Positions 8,577 through 19,836 are shown, counted from the first letter of the stretch. The stretch is DNA of 64,000 bases from an uncultured Acidobacteriota bacterium (GCA_963804995.1 CAWDSK010000004.1:32001-96000); one strand, 5' to 3'. The notes: generated from the letters alone by a model not told the origin. Made by a program: numbers and translations.

Positions 8577-11500
8577 ATGAATGAAGTAAGGCCCTCAACA
8601 AGTTCGCTCCTTGATACGCTCGAACGCCGCATCGTGATTATCGACGGCGCCATGGGCACCATGATTCAGGCCCATAAGCTGGAGGAATCCGACTACCGCG
8701 GCAAGGAATTCGCGCGTCATGGGCAGGACTTGCGCCAGTGCAATGATGTCCTGAATATTACGCAGCCCGCCATCATTGAGGACATCCATCGGCAGTATCT
8801 GGAAGCCGGCGCGGACATCATTGAAACGAATACCTTCAATGCCACCGCTATTTCCATGGCGGATTATCGGCTGGAAGGCTTCATTTACGACATCAACAAA
8901 GCCGGGGCGCAACGGGCGCGGCGCGCGGCCGATCGGTTCATGAGCGAGAATCGGGGGCGCCCGTGCTGGGTGGCGGGGTCCATCGGGCCCACTAGCCGCA
9001 CGGCATCAGCATCGCAGGATATTGCCAGTCCGGCCTCTCAAGCTGTGACGTTTGACCAGTTGAAGGACGCTTACTACGACCAAATCCGTGGTCTCGTCGA
9101 CGGCGGCGTGGATCTGCTTCTGGTCGAAACCATTTTTGACACGCTCAACGGCAAAGCCGCGCTTTTCGCCGCCGATAAGTATTTCGAGGACACGGGCAAG
9201 CTCCTCCCCCTGATGGCTTCCGTGACCATTGCTGATTTGAGTGGCCGGACGCTCTCGGGTCAGACGGTCGAAGCATTCTGGATTTCGGTTTCCCAGGCGC
9301 CTCTCCTGAGCGTGGGGATTAACTGTGCGTTGGGCGCCAAGCAAATGCGCGCCCACATCGAGGAGCTGTCCAGGATCGCGCCGATTTTCACAAGCTGCTA
9401 TCCCAACGCCGGGCTTCCCAACTCATTCGGCGGATTCGATGAAACTCCTGAGATCATGTCCGCTGACCTGCGCGAGTTTGCGGCGAACGGCTGGGTGAAC
9501 ATCGTCGGGGGGTGCTGCGGGTCCACGCCCGCTCACATTCGCGCCATCCGTGAATCGGTCCGCGATTTCCCACCGCGCGTGCCCCCGGAAGTAGAGCGCC
9601 ATTCCCGGTTCAGTGGGCTCGAGCCACTGGTCATCCGCCCCGAAACCAATTTCGTCAACATCGGCGAGCGCACCAACGTGACCGGCTCGCCCAAATTCGC
9701 CAAGCTGATTTTGAGCGGCCAATTCGAGGAGGGCTTGAGCGTCGCGAAACAACAAGTCGAGGGTGGTGCGCAGATTATCAACGTCAACATGGACGAAGCC
9801 ATGTTGGATTCCGAACACGCGATGACGACCTTCTTGAACTATGTCGCTTCCGAACCCGACATTGCCCGCGTCCCCATCATGATCGACAGCTCGAAGTGGA
9901 GCGTCATCGAGGCAGGGCTGAAGTGTATCCAGGGTAAGGGCATCGTCAACTCCCTCAGCCTCAAAGAAGGCGAGGAAGGATTTAAGCAGCGGGCCCGACT
10001 GATCAAGCGCTACGGAGCGGGCATGGTGGTGATGGCCTTCGACGAAGCCGGTCAGGCCGATTCGACAGAGCGCCGAGTCGAGATTTGCACGCGCGCCTAC
10101 CGGATTCTCACCGAAGAGGTCGGCATCGATCCCAGCGACATCATCTTTGATCCCAATGTCCTTACTGTGGCCACGGGAATCGAAGAGCACCGCAACTATG
10201 CGGTGAGTTATATCGAGGCCACTCGCCAGATCAAGGCCACGCTTCCCGGCTGCAAAGTGAGCGGCGGCATCAGCAATATTTCCTTCTCGTTTCGCGGCAA
10301 CAACGCAATCCGCGAGGCCATGCACTCAGCGTTTCTGTACCATGCGATCCGGGCGGGCATGGACATGGGAATCGTCAATGCGGGGCAACTCGCTGTATAC
10401 GAGGAACTGCCCCGTGATTTGCTGAAACTGGTGGAAGACGTACTGCTGAACCGTCGTGCTGACGCGACGGAACGGCTGCTGGCCTTCTCCGAATCGGTCA
10501 AGCAGCGGGGACGGGCGGAAATCCAGGAAGACGCCTGGCGCCAGGGAAGCGTTGAGGAGCGGCTGAAACACGCCCTCGTGAAAGGTGTGGCCGACTACAT
10601 CGAGGCTGATACCGAGGAGGCCCGGCAGAAGTTGGGCAGGCCGCTGAGCGTCATTGAGGGCCCGCTGATGGCGGGGATGAGCGTGGTGGGCGACCTGTTT
10701 GGGTCCGGCAAGATGTTTCTGCCCCAGGTCGTGAAGAGCGCGCGCGTCATGAAAAAGGCTGTCGCCTATTTGCTTCCCTTCATGGAGGCCGAAAAGGGCA
10801 CAGATGGCAAAGCTCGCGCCGAAGGCCGGATTGTGATGGCCACGGTGAAGGGCGACGTGCACGATATCGGCAAGAACATTGTGGGCGTCGTGCTCGGCTG
10901 TAACAATTATGAGATTATCGACCTGGGCGTGATGGTCCCGTGTGAGAAGATTCTGCAAACTGCACGCGAGACACAAGCCGACATGATCGGGTTGAGCGGG
11001 CTCATCACGCCCTCGCTCGACGAAATGGTCCACGTGGCCAGGGAAATGGAGCGCGAGGGATTCACCATCCCACTGCTCATCGGCGGCGCCACCACCAGCC
11101 GGGTGCATACGGCGGTGAAGATTGCTCCCCACTTCCGCCAGCCCGTCGTGCACGTGCTGGATGCTTCACGCGCCGTCGGCGTGGTGAGCCAGCTCAAAAA
11201 CCCTGCATCGCGGCCGGCCTTCCAGGAAGAGAACCTTCGGGAGCAGGAAAAGTTGCGTGCCGCACATCGCCCGGCGGCACAGAAACTGATTCCATTAGCG
11301 GAGGCACGGAAACGCAAACCGCCCCTCGATTGGAGCGCCGCCAGTCTCCCCCGCCCCGCCTTCACGGGAGTACGTGCATTTCCCGCGGTGCCGCTGGGGG
11401 AGATTGTCCCGTATATTGATTGGACCCCTTTCTTTCAGGCCTGGGAGCTGCGCGGAACATATCCGAAAATTCTCAACGATTCGGTCGTCGGTGACAAGGC

Positions 11501-12309
11501 ACGCGAACTCCTAGGCGATGCCCAGAAGCTGCTGGATCGCATCGTGGCGGAAAAGCTCCTGACCGCCAACGCCGTGATGGGTTTCTTCCCAGCGAACAGC
11601 GTGGGCGACAACATTGAACTGTACGGCGACTCGTCGCGTTCCGGTGTGCTGACCGTGTTTCACACCTTGCGGCAGCAAATGGAAAAGGCGCCGGGGCATT
11701 ACAATTGGGCGCTGGCGGACCTCATCGCACCCAAGAAGACTGGCCTGGAGGATTTTCTGGGGGCTTTCGCCGTTACCGCGGCCACCGACATTGAACCGCT
11801 GCTAGCTCGGTTTCAGCAGGATCACGACAACTACAATTCCATTATGACGAAGGCCCTGGCCGACCGCCTGGCAGAAGCCCTTGCAGAGTTAATGCACAAA
11901 CGCGCTAGAGAGTTGTGGGGTTATGGCCAGGATGAAAACCTGACCGCCGAGGATTTGATCCACGAGCGCTACCGTGGCATTCGCCCCGCGCCCGGCTATC
12001 CCGCCTGCCCCGACCACACGGAGAAGCGCGAACTTTTCGACCTCTTGCAGGTGGAGAAGCATGCCGGCATTAAGCTTACGGAGAACTTCGCCATGTCTCC
12101 GGCCGCTTCCGTTTGTGGATTCTACTTCTCCCACCCGGAAGCAAAGTATTTTGCTGTCGGAAAGATCGACCGCGATCAAGTGGACGATTACCACCGCCGC
12201 AAAGGCATGGACCTGCGCAGCGTTCGAGCGCTGGCTCCGGCCTAATCTCAACTACGATCCTGACTTCCAGGAGTCACGCGAAACGTTAAGCGTCCCATTC
12301 GCGTCCTGA
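8577..12309 (+). CDS. metH: cobalamin-dependent methionine synthase; 1-nt frameshift at ~12223 near the C-terminus
   Basis: [52 protein letters not shown]. Deleting one T at 12223-12224 restores the terminal [11 protein letters not shown]. Confidence 0.97.
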
Positions 12310-12339
12310 ACACGAGCGTAGGCCACACCGCAAAGAGGT

Positions 12340-12600
12340 TTAGAGCTTCGACTCCTGCTCAAGTTCGCCGATCACGGCGTCAGCCACTTCCTCGACGGAA
12401 CCTGGCCTTTCAAGCTTTGGCGTCCACCGCCAATGTTCCAGATATGCGTCAGTACCGGCCAGGCCTTCATTCATGGCAATCTTATCGATTTCGACTTGGA
12501 AGCGGTCGGGCATGGGGCGAGAGAATGGTCTTTTCCCTTCCCCGAACACTTTGATCTGTGCCGGGACGTGCTTCCAATAGAGAATTTGATACTGGGGCAT
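12340..12600 (-). CDS. small 'virulence factor' (PF13769-like) protein of B12 methyltransferase clusters
   Basis: YWKHVPAQI...RFQ.EID..AM..G..GTDAYLE.W pattern. Confidence 0.75.
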   Translation of the reverse strand: MPQYQILYWKHVPAQIKVFGEGKRPFSRPMPDRFQVEIDKIAMNEGLAGTDAYLEHWRWTPKLERPGSVEEVADAVIGELEQESKL

Positions 12601-12606
12601 TTCTCC

Positions 12607-13659
12607 TCACGCCGCCACAACGGGCTCAAGTTCTCCCTTACGGAAGGCCCGGAGGAAAGTTTTGCAATTGCGATCGGCCCCCAACAGCATATCGCGCGCC
12701 AATTGATACGGTTTGCCAGTCTTGTCCGCCAAGAAAACCCGTCTTAAATCGTTGGCGACGGGATCGACAATGCCGCTGTCCACGCCCGCTTCCACGGACA
12801 GATTGATGAATACTTCATTGACCAGGCGGCGGCAGGGGAGGCCGAAGGAGACGTTGCTCAACCCTCCGGTAAGATGAATTTTCTCGCCGTACTTCTCCCG
12901 CAGCAGGCGAATGGCCGCAAGATAATGATTACCGAACTGGATATCTACGGAGATGGGAAACACCAAAGCGTCAACGTAGAGATTTTCAACCGGGATCGAT
13001 TTGGCAAGCGCCGCATCGATCATCCTGGACGCGTACCCGATTCTTTCTTCAGTGTTCTGAGGCATTCCACTTTCACCCGCCGCGGTGATGATGACAGAAA
13101 GGTTGAGCTCTTTCGCAAGGTCCAGCGCTTCGATACGTTCGAGGGAGGCGGAATTCAGCATGGGGCGGCCGGTCTTGCCGTGGCAAGTTTCGATCCCGGC
13201 GCGGATGGTGTCGAGGTTCGAGGAATCGATAGAGAGCGGCACAGGCGACAGCGGCTCCAGTGCTTTCACGATCCAACGCATGGCGGCGATTTGTTCGCCA
13301 GGGCGGAGAGAAACTTCGTCCACATTGACGTCAAGAAAATCGGCCCCGGCCATGACCTGGCGCTCGACCAGGGTACGCAGATATTTCATTCCCTCCGCCG
13401 CAGCCGCTTCCACGCTCAACATCGCCGCGCGCACCGCGATGGCGATGTGTTTGACCCTTCCCTCCTGATAATCCTGCCGGGGCTTGATTTCTTCCGGAAT
13501 GATTAAGTGGCGAGTCTCTCCCTCCGTGGTTATGTACCGGACCGCTTCTTCGCCGCCCGGGGCCGCCGTAATAAACTTGCCGTCGCGCCGCAGTACTCGC
13601 GTGGTGTGAATGTTCTCGCCAATGACGATGAACTCTTTGTCTAAGCCGGGCAGTTTCAC
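12607..13659 (-). CDS. pterin-binding methyltetrahydrofolate:corrinoid methyltransferase (AcsE/DHPS-like)
   Basis: IGENIH, GADFLDVNVD, PLSIDSS, NSASLE, GGLSNVSFGLP.R. Confidence 0.88.
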   Translation of the reverse strand: MKLPGLDKEFIVIGENIHTTRVLRRDGKFITAAPGGEEAVRYITTEGETRHLIIPEEIKPRQDYQEGRVKHIAIAVRAAMLSVEAAAAEGMKYLRTLVERQVMAGADFLDVNVDEVSLRPGEQIAAMRWIVKALEPLSPVPLSIDSSNLDTIRAGIETCHGKTGRPMLNSASLERIEALDLAKELNLSVIITAAGESGMPQNTEERIGYASRMIDAALAKSIPVENLYVDALVFPISVDIQFGNHYLAAIRLLREKYGEKIHLTGGLSNVSFGLPCRRLVNEVFINLSVEAGVDSGIVDPVANDLRRVFLADKTGKPYQLARDMLLGADRNCKTFLRAFRKGELEPVVAA

Positions 13660-13760
13660 CTGTTCTCCTCTTCCCGTTGGGCGCGGCGATTACGCGAGAG
13701 GCGAGTATTCGCCACGTCGCTCCTCTCCCTCGAGGCCGCTATCTCGGAAAATCGTTCATT

Positions 13761-15377
13761 TCATGCACCAAGCATCGGTTTGAATTGACAACCCTCGACG
13801 AAGACTTCAAAAAAGTCGGAAGTCGTTTCGAGCTCGATATGCTCGGCGCGCTTGACGAACGCTTCAATCGACCGGCGTTTGCGCCGCGAAAGAAGCATCT
13901 GCTTGGCCCCCGAGATCGCCGCGTTTCCGACCTTCACGACGCGGCCTGCCGGCACTGGCGCTAGAAAACCGATTTCAATCGCGTTGCTGACATTAACGTA
14001 GTTAGCGAAACCGCCGGCCAAGTAGAGCTTGCTAATCTCCCCCGGCCGCACGCCAAATGTGCGCATGGCAATGAGTTGTCCGCAATAATTGGCCGCCTTG
14101 GCCTGAGCAAGATTACTCGCGTCTTCGCGCGAAAACGTGATGCCCTGCTCGGGCACAATCGGGACCTCGCGGGCCTTGTGGGCAAAGACTCCCTTGGGAG
14201 TCATCAGCTCCTGCCGCCGCAGCTCCGCAAGCAGATCGATCAGACCCGAACCGCAGATCCCGCGCGGCGGCACATCACCGATGGTGCGATGCTCCCAGCC
14301 GCCGCCACTGAGCCGCAACGCTTCGATGGCGCCGTCACCCGCCGTCATTCCGTACTTAATGAGCCCTCCCTCAAATGCCGGACCTGCCGGGCAGGAGGCA
14401 CAAACCAGGCGGCCGGCGTGGCCGACGGCCACTTCCGTGTTCGTTCCCACATCCACCAGCATCACCGTATCGTGCTGCGATTCGATATCGATGGCCAGGA
14501 GGTCAGCCACCGAATCTGCTCCGATATGGCTCGCAACGAGCGGCGCACCAAAGATGCGAGCCTTGGGATGGGTGAGGATTCCCAGGCGATGCGCAAGTTC
14601 AGTCAAAGCGGTGGATTGACGTTTGCCTTCAAGGACCTCGTGCTCGGTGGTCGACTTGTAGGGTCGCTGGCCGATGGACTGCACGTCGAGATTGAAGAAC
14701 AGGTCACGCATGGTGGAGTTGCCCACTACCACCATCTCGTATATTTCCTGCCGCGCAATCCCCAGTGTCCGGCACATTTCCTTGAGCTCGTAATTGACGG
14801 CGTTGATCACGCTCTTGTGCAGCTCACCGTGATACGCCCCGCCGTCGTAGGAAATACGGTTCATCACATCGCTGCCGCCGAAGCGCTGAGGATTTTCGAG
14901 GGAGCTGACCCACACCGTCCGGCCGGTCTCGAGGTCGACCAATTCCATGACGATGGTGGTGGTGCCGACGTCGGTCGCCACACCGTAAAGGCGCCCTCGG
15001 TCGTCGTCGACAACTTCACCGTCATAGAGGACTTTGCCGTCGCGGCGGGTGACCAGCGGGTCGATTTCGAATTCGAGCGGCGCAGCGGTGGTGAGGATCT
15101 TCGGATGACGGCGCAGCAGTGCGAACTCGATATCGATTGCAGGGTTTTCAATTGCGGCCTGGCAGGCGAGGCGGAAGTTTCCTCGCAGGAAACTTTCCGG
15201 TGGGGTGCGGGAACACAGGGCATCGTAGCCTTGCTGGATCTCCACGATGCATTCGTGGCAGGTCCCCTGCCGCCCGCAGGAAGTGGGGACGCGGACAGTG
15301 AGCTCGTCAGCGTAGTCGAATACGGTTCGCCCACGCTCCAGGGGACAGCGTCTGCCCTCGAAGGAGATGCTCGCCAT
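13761..15377 (-). CDS. ASKHA-domain ATP-dependent corrinoid reductive activase (RACo/RamA-like) with N-terminal 2Fe-2S domain
   Basis: SCGRQGTCHEC...RLACQ; DVGTTTI; NPQ.FGGSDVMNRI; DVGTNTE; CPAGPAFEG; GICGSG; LAGGF; GNAA. Confidence 0.92.
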   Translation of the reverse strand: MASISFEGRRCPLERGRTVFDYADELTVRVPTSCGRQGTCHECIVEIQQGYDALCSRTPPESFLRGNFRLACQAAIENPAIDIEFALLRRHPKILTTAAPLEFEIDPLVTRRDGKVLYDGEVVDDDRGRLYGVATDVGTTTIVMELVDLETGRTVWVSSLENPQRFGGSDVMNRISYDGGAYHGELHKSVINAVNYELKEMCRTLGIARQEIYEMVVVGNSTMRDLFFNLDVQSIGQRPYKSTTEHEVLEGKRQSTALTELAHRLGILTHPKARIFGAPLVASHIGADSVADLLAIDIESQHDTVMLVDVGTNTEVAVGHAGRLVCASCPAGPAFEGGLIKYGMTAGDGAIEALRLSGGGWEHRTIGDVPPRGICGSGLIDLLAELRRQELMTPKGVFAHKAREVPIVPEQGITFSREDASNLAQAKAANYCGQLIAMRTFGVRPGEISKLYLAGGFANYVNVSNAIEIGFLAPVPAGRVVKVGNAAISGAKQMLLSRRKRRSIEAFVKRAEHIELETTSDFFEVFVEGCQFKPMLGA

Positions 15378-15382
15378 GTTCT

Positions 15383-15625
15383 TTAGCCGGTCTCCCACGC
15401 TTTCCGATAGTCCAGCTTGTCATCGCCTGCGCAGAGGGGCAGTTGGCCGGGTTCAGGAGGTTTGCGCTTGTTTCGGCAACCGAACGATGCGGTGCATTGA
15501 TCGAGTCGATTCTTATAAGGGCATCGGCAGAGCGAGACCTGGTCGGCGTGGGCGGCGATGTCTGACATGATTCGGGAAAGCTCGTCCAGGCGCTTCTGAT
15601 ATTCCTGCGAATTGATCTTTTCCAT
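15383..15625 (-). CDS. Cys-rich hypothetical protein (80 aa)
   Basis: Tightly coupled within the operon; CRCPYKN...C...GC...C. Confidence 0.75.
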   Translation of the reverse strand: MEKINSQEYQKRLDELSRIMSDIAAHADQVSLCRCPYKNRLDQCTASFGCRNKRKPPEPGQLPLCAGDDKLDYRKAWETG

Positions 15626-15641
15626 GGCGTTGTCCCACCGG

Positions 15642-16391
15642 CTAGACAGCCACGCCCATTAAGCGCTTGGCAAGCACCACGCAAGCTACGGCGTCCTTGC
15701 CGTAGCCGTCCGCACCCATGTCGTCAGCGAAATCCTGGGTGACGGGCGCGCCACCCACCATGATCTTTACTTTGTCGCGCAGATCGGCGTCAATAAAGGC
15801 TTCGATGGTCTTGCCCATGTTGGGCATGGTAGTGGTCAGGAGGGCGGACATCCCCATGAGCGGAGCCTCGTGCTCCTCCACGGCGTCGATAAAGCGGTCG
15901 GCCGACGTGTCGACCCCAAGGTCAATGACCTCAAACCCGGAGCCGCGCAGCATCATGATGCACAGGTTCTTTCCGATATCATGCAGGTCACCCTTGACCG
16001 TGCCCATGATAACCTTGGCGATGGGTTTGATTCCAGAAGCGGAGAGGATGGGCTCAATGTGCGCCATGCCCGCCTTCATGGCTCGCGCGCAGGCCAGCAC
16101 CTCCGGGACGTAAATGAAATTTTCCCGGAACTTGACGCCCACAATCCCCATGCCGGCAATCAGCCCATAGTCCATCACCTCCAGCGCCGCGGTCCCCTCG
16201 TCCAGCGCCTGCCGGGTGAGTTCATTCACCAATTCGTTGTCGCCGTCGATCAGCGCCGCCGCAATCTCCTGCATCCGGGGTTTGGACTTGGAGAATAAAT
16301 TAATGATGCGTTCGCGTTCTTCCGGCCGAGCGATGAACTCCTCGATTTCCTGCCGGATGACGTCATTCGACATGTCTTTCAGTTCCGCCAT
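15642..16391 (-). CDS. corrinoid (B12-binding) methyl-carrier protein
   Basis: YVPEVL..ARAMK; GTVKGDLHDIGKN; SALLTTTM; MVGGAPV; GADGY. Confidence 0.95.
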   Translation of the reverse strand: MAELKDMSNDVIRQEIEEFIARPEERERIINLFSKSKPRMQEIAAALIDGDNELVNELTRQALDEGTAALEVMDYGLIAGMGIVGVKFRENFIYVPEVLACARAMKAGMAHIEPILSASGIKPIAKVIMGTVKGDLHDIGKNLCIMMLRGSGFEVIDLGVDTSADRFIDAVEEHEAPLMGMSALLTTTMPNMGKTIEAFIDADLRDKVKIMVGGAPVTQDFADDMGADGYGKDAVACVVLAKRLMGVAV

Positions 16392-16400
16392 AGGTTCATC

Positions 16401-17438
16401 CTAATTCTTGCTAGCGTGCCCCCGGTGCCAACTTCGAATCGCCTCCGGGATGGCCTTGAGATTCTCAATCGGGGTCTGAAGTGGGACGGCGCATTCCGGG
16501 CCAATCAAGGGAATACCTGCATCGAGGTTCTTGTAAACTTCCGCCCGCACTTCTTCGGCGCCTTTGGAAAAAAGTGTTTCCGGGTTGTTAATGTTCCCCA
16601 CCAACGCAATCCGATTCTTGACTACCGCCATCGATTCCGCCGGATCGTTCTTCGAATCGTAGTGAAACGCCGCCATCCCAGTCTGCGCGATGTACTCCAT
16701 GCGGTCAACCGTCCTCCCGCAGATGTGGAGAATAAGGGGGACCGGAAGCCGCTCCGCGAATTCAATGTGCAGGTCACGCAGATAGCGCGCGTAGTATTCC
16801 CCACTAACCAAGTCGCCAGTGGCGTGATCAGGAAGAGTCAGCGCATCGGCGCCCACTTCGATCTGGGCCAAGCCAAACTGGACAGTCAATTCCTTGAGCT
16901 TATCCAGACACAGCTTGGTCTTGCCGGGATCATCGAGGGACAGCAATAAGAACTGTTCGACGCCGAAACAGTGATAGCCCAGTGACCATGGCCCCATGGT
17001 CTTTCCGATAATCGCAACTTCGTTCCCAAACTCGCGGCGCAGGATTTTGATCGCCTCGATGACACATTGCGCATCAGGATGACTCAAGACATCCGAGGGA
17101 ATCCGGATGTCTTCGGGCTTTTGCCAGATGGGCTCTCGCATTTTGACGGTTGGCCAGTTGTCTTTCTGCTCCCACTGGACTTTGCAGCCCAGCGCCGAAG
17201 ACTCCTGGATGATGGAGAAGACCGGCATGATGGTGTCAAAGCCGAGCTCCGTGTAACTGGTGGCAGCCAGCCGCGCCATGGCATCGGCCTGGCGGCAAGC
17301 ATCCGGGAAGGGCGCATCGGCCAAGTCCATCAGCTCGACCGTCGCCACAGAGGTTGGATTGCATGCCGGGGTTCTGTCCACGGGCTCGCGCCGGAGGGCC
17401 GCCAGCACGCGTTCTCGGCTTGTCATCGGTGCCACCAT
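16401..17438 (-). CDS. MtaA/CmuA-family (UroD-fold) corrinoid methyltransferase
   Basis: SRERVLAAL..EPVDR; GPWS; ILHICG; LVGNIN; GPEC Zn-ligand pattern. Confidence 0.9.
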   Translation of the reverse strand: MVAPMTSRERVLAALRREPVDRTPACNPTSVATVELMDLADAPFPDACRQADAMARLAATSYTELGFDTIMPVFSIIQESSALGCKVQWEQKDNWPTVKMREPIWQKPEDIRIPSDVLSHPDAQCVIEAIKILRREFGNEVAIIGKTMGPWSLGYHCFGVEQFLLLSLDDPGKTKLCLDKLKELTVQFGLAQIEVGADALTLPDHATGDLVSGEYYARYLRDLHIEFAERLPVPLILHICGRTVDRMEYIAQTGMAAFHYDSKNDPAESMAVVKNRIALVGNINNPETLFSKGAEEVRAEVYKNLDAGIPLIGPECAVPLQTPIENLKAIPEAIRSWHRGHASKN

Positions 17439-17451
17439 GTTCTTCTCCGTA

Positions 17452-18084
17452 TTACTTCTGTTGACTGGGCGCGGCCAGCACGCCGCGGGTACTTGTCATT
17501 TCCTCTTCGCGCAGAATTGCCCGGACGTTCAGCGCCCGGGGCAGCAGCAAACCCACCAGGGCATCGTGCATCTGAGCGCAACTGAACACGAGCCGGTTGG
17601 GATGGCCCTCCACCGAACTCATCTCGCCCAGCTTCTTGAGGCCTGCGACAACGGCTTCGATTCGCGCCTCCCTGCCTTCCTCGGGTCCATCGGCGCTGAT
17701 TTGGTACGCGCCAGCGCGCAGGCTGGTGACGGTTAAATTACGACCTGATTTCTTATCAAAGATGCTGAGAGGTCTAGGTTGGGAAACCGAATTGGACGCC
17801 AGCTTCGCTGATTCAAGGAAGAGCCGCCGGGCGGCCGCCTGATGAGCGGCCGCACAGGTGAAGTGGAGTCGACCGCCGGTCTGCTCTGTTCCCCCCAGGG
17901 TTCGCGCCATTTCTGTGACGGAGGCGACCCTTTCCTTCGCTGCGGCGAGACTGCTATAAGTGTGAAAGAGGTAATAGGACCGGCTGTTTTGGTCCTGCCG
18001 GTACAAGCCAAGGGTGATGTTACTGCAATGCGAGTCCATGGGGACAAGTTCGACGCGCCTTCCCAAGTCCTGCGTCCGACCCAT
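17452..18084 (-). CDS. hypothetical protein, first gene of the methyltransferase operon
   Basis: 210-aa ORF with GAGG RBS, ending 13 bp before the MtaA-like gene. Confidence 0.7.
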   Translation of the reverse strand: MGRTQDLGRRVELVPMDSHCSNITLGLYRQDQNSRSYYLFHTYSSLAAAKERVASVTEMARTLGGTEQTGGRLHFTCAAAHQAAARRLFLESAKLASNSVSQPRPLSIFDKKSGRNLTVTSLRAGAYQISADGPEEGREARIEAVVAGLKKLGEMSSVEGHPNRLVFSCAQMHDALVGLLLPRALNVRAILREEEMTSTRGVLAAPSQQK

Positions 18085-18123
18085 TCTGCAGTTCCTCGCC
18101 TTCGATGGGATTTCCAGCTTGAT

Positions 18124-18156
18124 GCCTGTCTGCTTGTCTGATAAGCTGACCACAAG
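18124..18156. promoter_or_regulatory. putative GntR/FadR operator region (CTTGTCTGATAAG)
   Basis: TTGT-N-A(C/T)AA-like palindrome between the operon and the divergent gntR-family gene. Confidence 0.4.
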
Positions 18157-18168
18157 AATTTACACTAA

Positions 18169-19077
18169 GAGCTTATCCGTAAATAATAGTTGAAGCCTGC
18201 TACAATTTGATGCATGATTATGACCCAAGATGCCGCAGATAAAATCTTGGGAAGTATCCGACGAGTTTTGGGTGAAAGTCGAACCGCTGATTCCCGTTCG
18301 ACAGCGGTCGAAAGGTCGAAAGTATAGGCGGAAGCCGGGGGGTGGGAGGAAGCCCATGCCGGCGCGCCGGATCTTCTCGGCCATTGTGTATGTGCTGCGC
18401 ACGGGGTGTCAGTGGAGGGCCTTGCCCAAGGAATTCGGCAGCGCGAGCGCGATCCACAAGCATTTTCAACAGTGGCAGCGGGCGGGTTTCTTTCTGGCGC
18501 TGTGGCGGTCGGGGCTGGCTGAGTACGATGATCTGGAGGGCATTGCCTGGGACTGGCAAAGCATCGACGGGGCCTTGGTGAAAGCCCCTCTGGCCTTGGC
18601 GTGTGTGGGACCGAATCCCACGGATCGGGGAAAAAAATGGGCGCAAGCGAAGTTTGTTAGTCGACGGGCGTGGCGTCCCACTGTCGCTCGCCGTCAGCGG
18701 AGCCAACGTCCATGATGTGAAGCTGCTGGCCACCACCCTCGACCAGGTGGTGAGAGCGCGACCGGCGCCGAGACCGAGAAAGCCCCAGCACCTCTGCGCC
18801 GATGCGGGTTACAAGGGATCCCCCGCTCGGCAAGCGGCCACGAACCGCCACTACCGGCCGCATATCAAGCAACGGCGAGAAGAGATGAAAGCAAAGCGCC
18901 TCGTCCCCGGTTACAAGGCGCGCCGCTGGGTGGTCGAGCGGACCCATTCCTGGCTCAACCGATACCGCAAGGTGTTGGTGAGCTTTGAAAAGACCGAGGA
19001 AAGCTACGTCGCCCTACTAACCTTAGCCGCGGCCATGATCTGCTGGCGACAGACGATTATTATTTACGGATAAGCTC
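18169..19077 (+). mobile_element. IS5-family insertion sequence (909 bp)
   Basis: Perfect 20-bp inverted repeats GAGCTTATCCGTAAATAATA; TAA duplication at 18166-18168 and 19078-19080. Confidence 0.95.
18230..19073 (+). CDS. IS5-family transposase; OrfA 18230-18715 and OrfB joined by a -1 frameshift
   Basis: YVLRTGCQWRALP, GPNPTDRGK, DAGY, RWVVERTHSWL; slippery GGGGAAAAAAA at 18627-18637. Confidence 0.93.
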
Positions 19078-19101
19078 TAAGGCGCACTCGGTTGTAAAGC
19101 T

Positions 19102-19836
19102 GTGATTGCTGACTTAAAACCCGTTCCCCGAACGTCCCTCACCGAGGGAATTGTGGACCAGATTACCGGTCTGATCGCCCGCGGTGCTCTGAAGCCGGGA
19201 GAGCGGATTCCTTCTGAAAAGAAGCTCTGCGATCAGTTTGGCGTGGGGCGGACGTCGGTCAGGGAAGCTTTGCGGTCGCTCGCTGGTATGGGGATATTGG
19301 AATCGCGCGCGGGCAACGGCACGTTTGTGGCGAAAAACAGCGATCGCTGCCTGGAACGCGCCTTCCAGTGGGGGCTGCTCCTCAATTCCAAGGTGGTCGA
19401 GGATCTGGTTGAAACCCGCCTGTCGCTCGAATCATGTGCTGCCAGCCTTGCCGCTACCCGGGCCACCAAGGAAAACCTTCGAACCCTTGAAATGGCGATT
19501 CGCGGCATGAAGGAGTCCATCTCGGACCCCGAGCGTTATCTGGAGTTCGATATGGCGTTTCACTTGGAACTAGCCCGCGCCACGCAAAACGGCATTCTGG
19601 AGAACCTACTGAGCACCATCCGTGCGTATCTGCAAGCTTCAATTCGCGAGGCGCTAAGGCCCGCTCCGGGCAGAGATTCATCCCGCCGCGCTGCCCTCTC
19701 CATCGACCAGCACAGGAAAATCCTGAAGGCCCTTAAGGCGCGGAATCCTCGAGCCGCAGAGCAAGCCATGAGCCGCCATATCCTTTCGCCGCGGGCGGAT
19801 CTTCTCCGGCATCTCTCCCAGAAGAGCAACGCATAA
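19102..19836 (+). CDS. GntR/FadR-family transcriptional regulator
   Basis: LKPGERIPSE..L...FGVGRTSVREAL wHTH; FCD domain (D..FH...A..N..L, H..I). Confidence 0.92.
   Translation: MIADLKPVPRTSLTEGIVDQITGLIARGALKPGERIPSEKKLCDQFGVGRTSVREALRSLAGMGILESRAGNGTFVAKNSDRCLERAFQWGLLLNSKVVEDLVETRLSLESCAASLAATRATKENLRTLEMAIRGMKESISDPERYLEFDMAFHLELARATQNGILENLLSTIRAYLQASIREALRPAPGRDSSRRAALSIDQHRKILKALKARNPRAAEQAMSRHILSPRADLLRHLSQKSNA

Noticed and set aside
12215..12245. Programmed frameshift in metH (likewise S46 peptidase and DegT)
   Set aside because: No slippery sequence; all are single-base insertions in the same motif.
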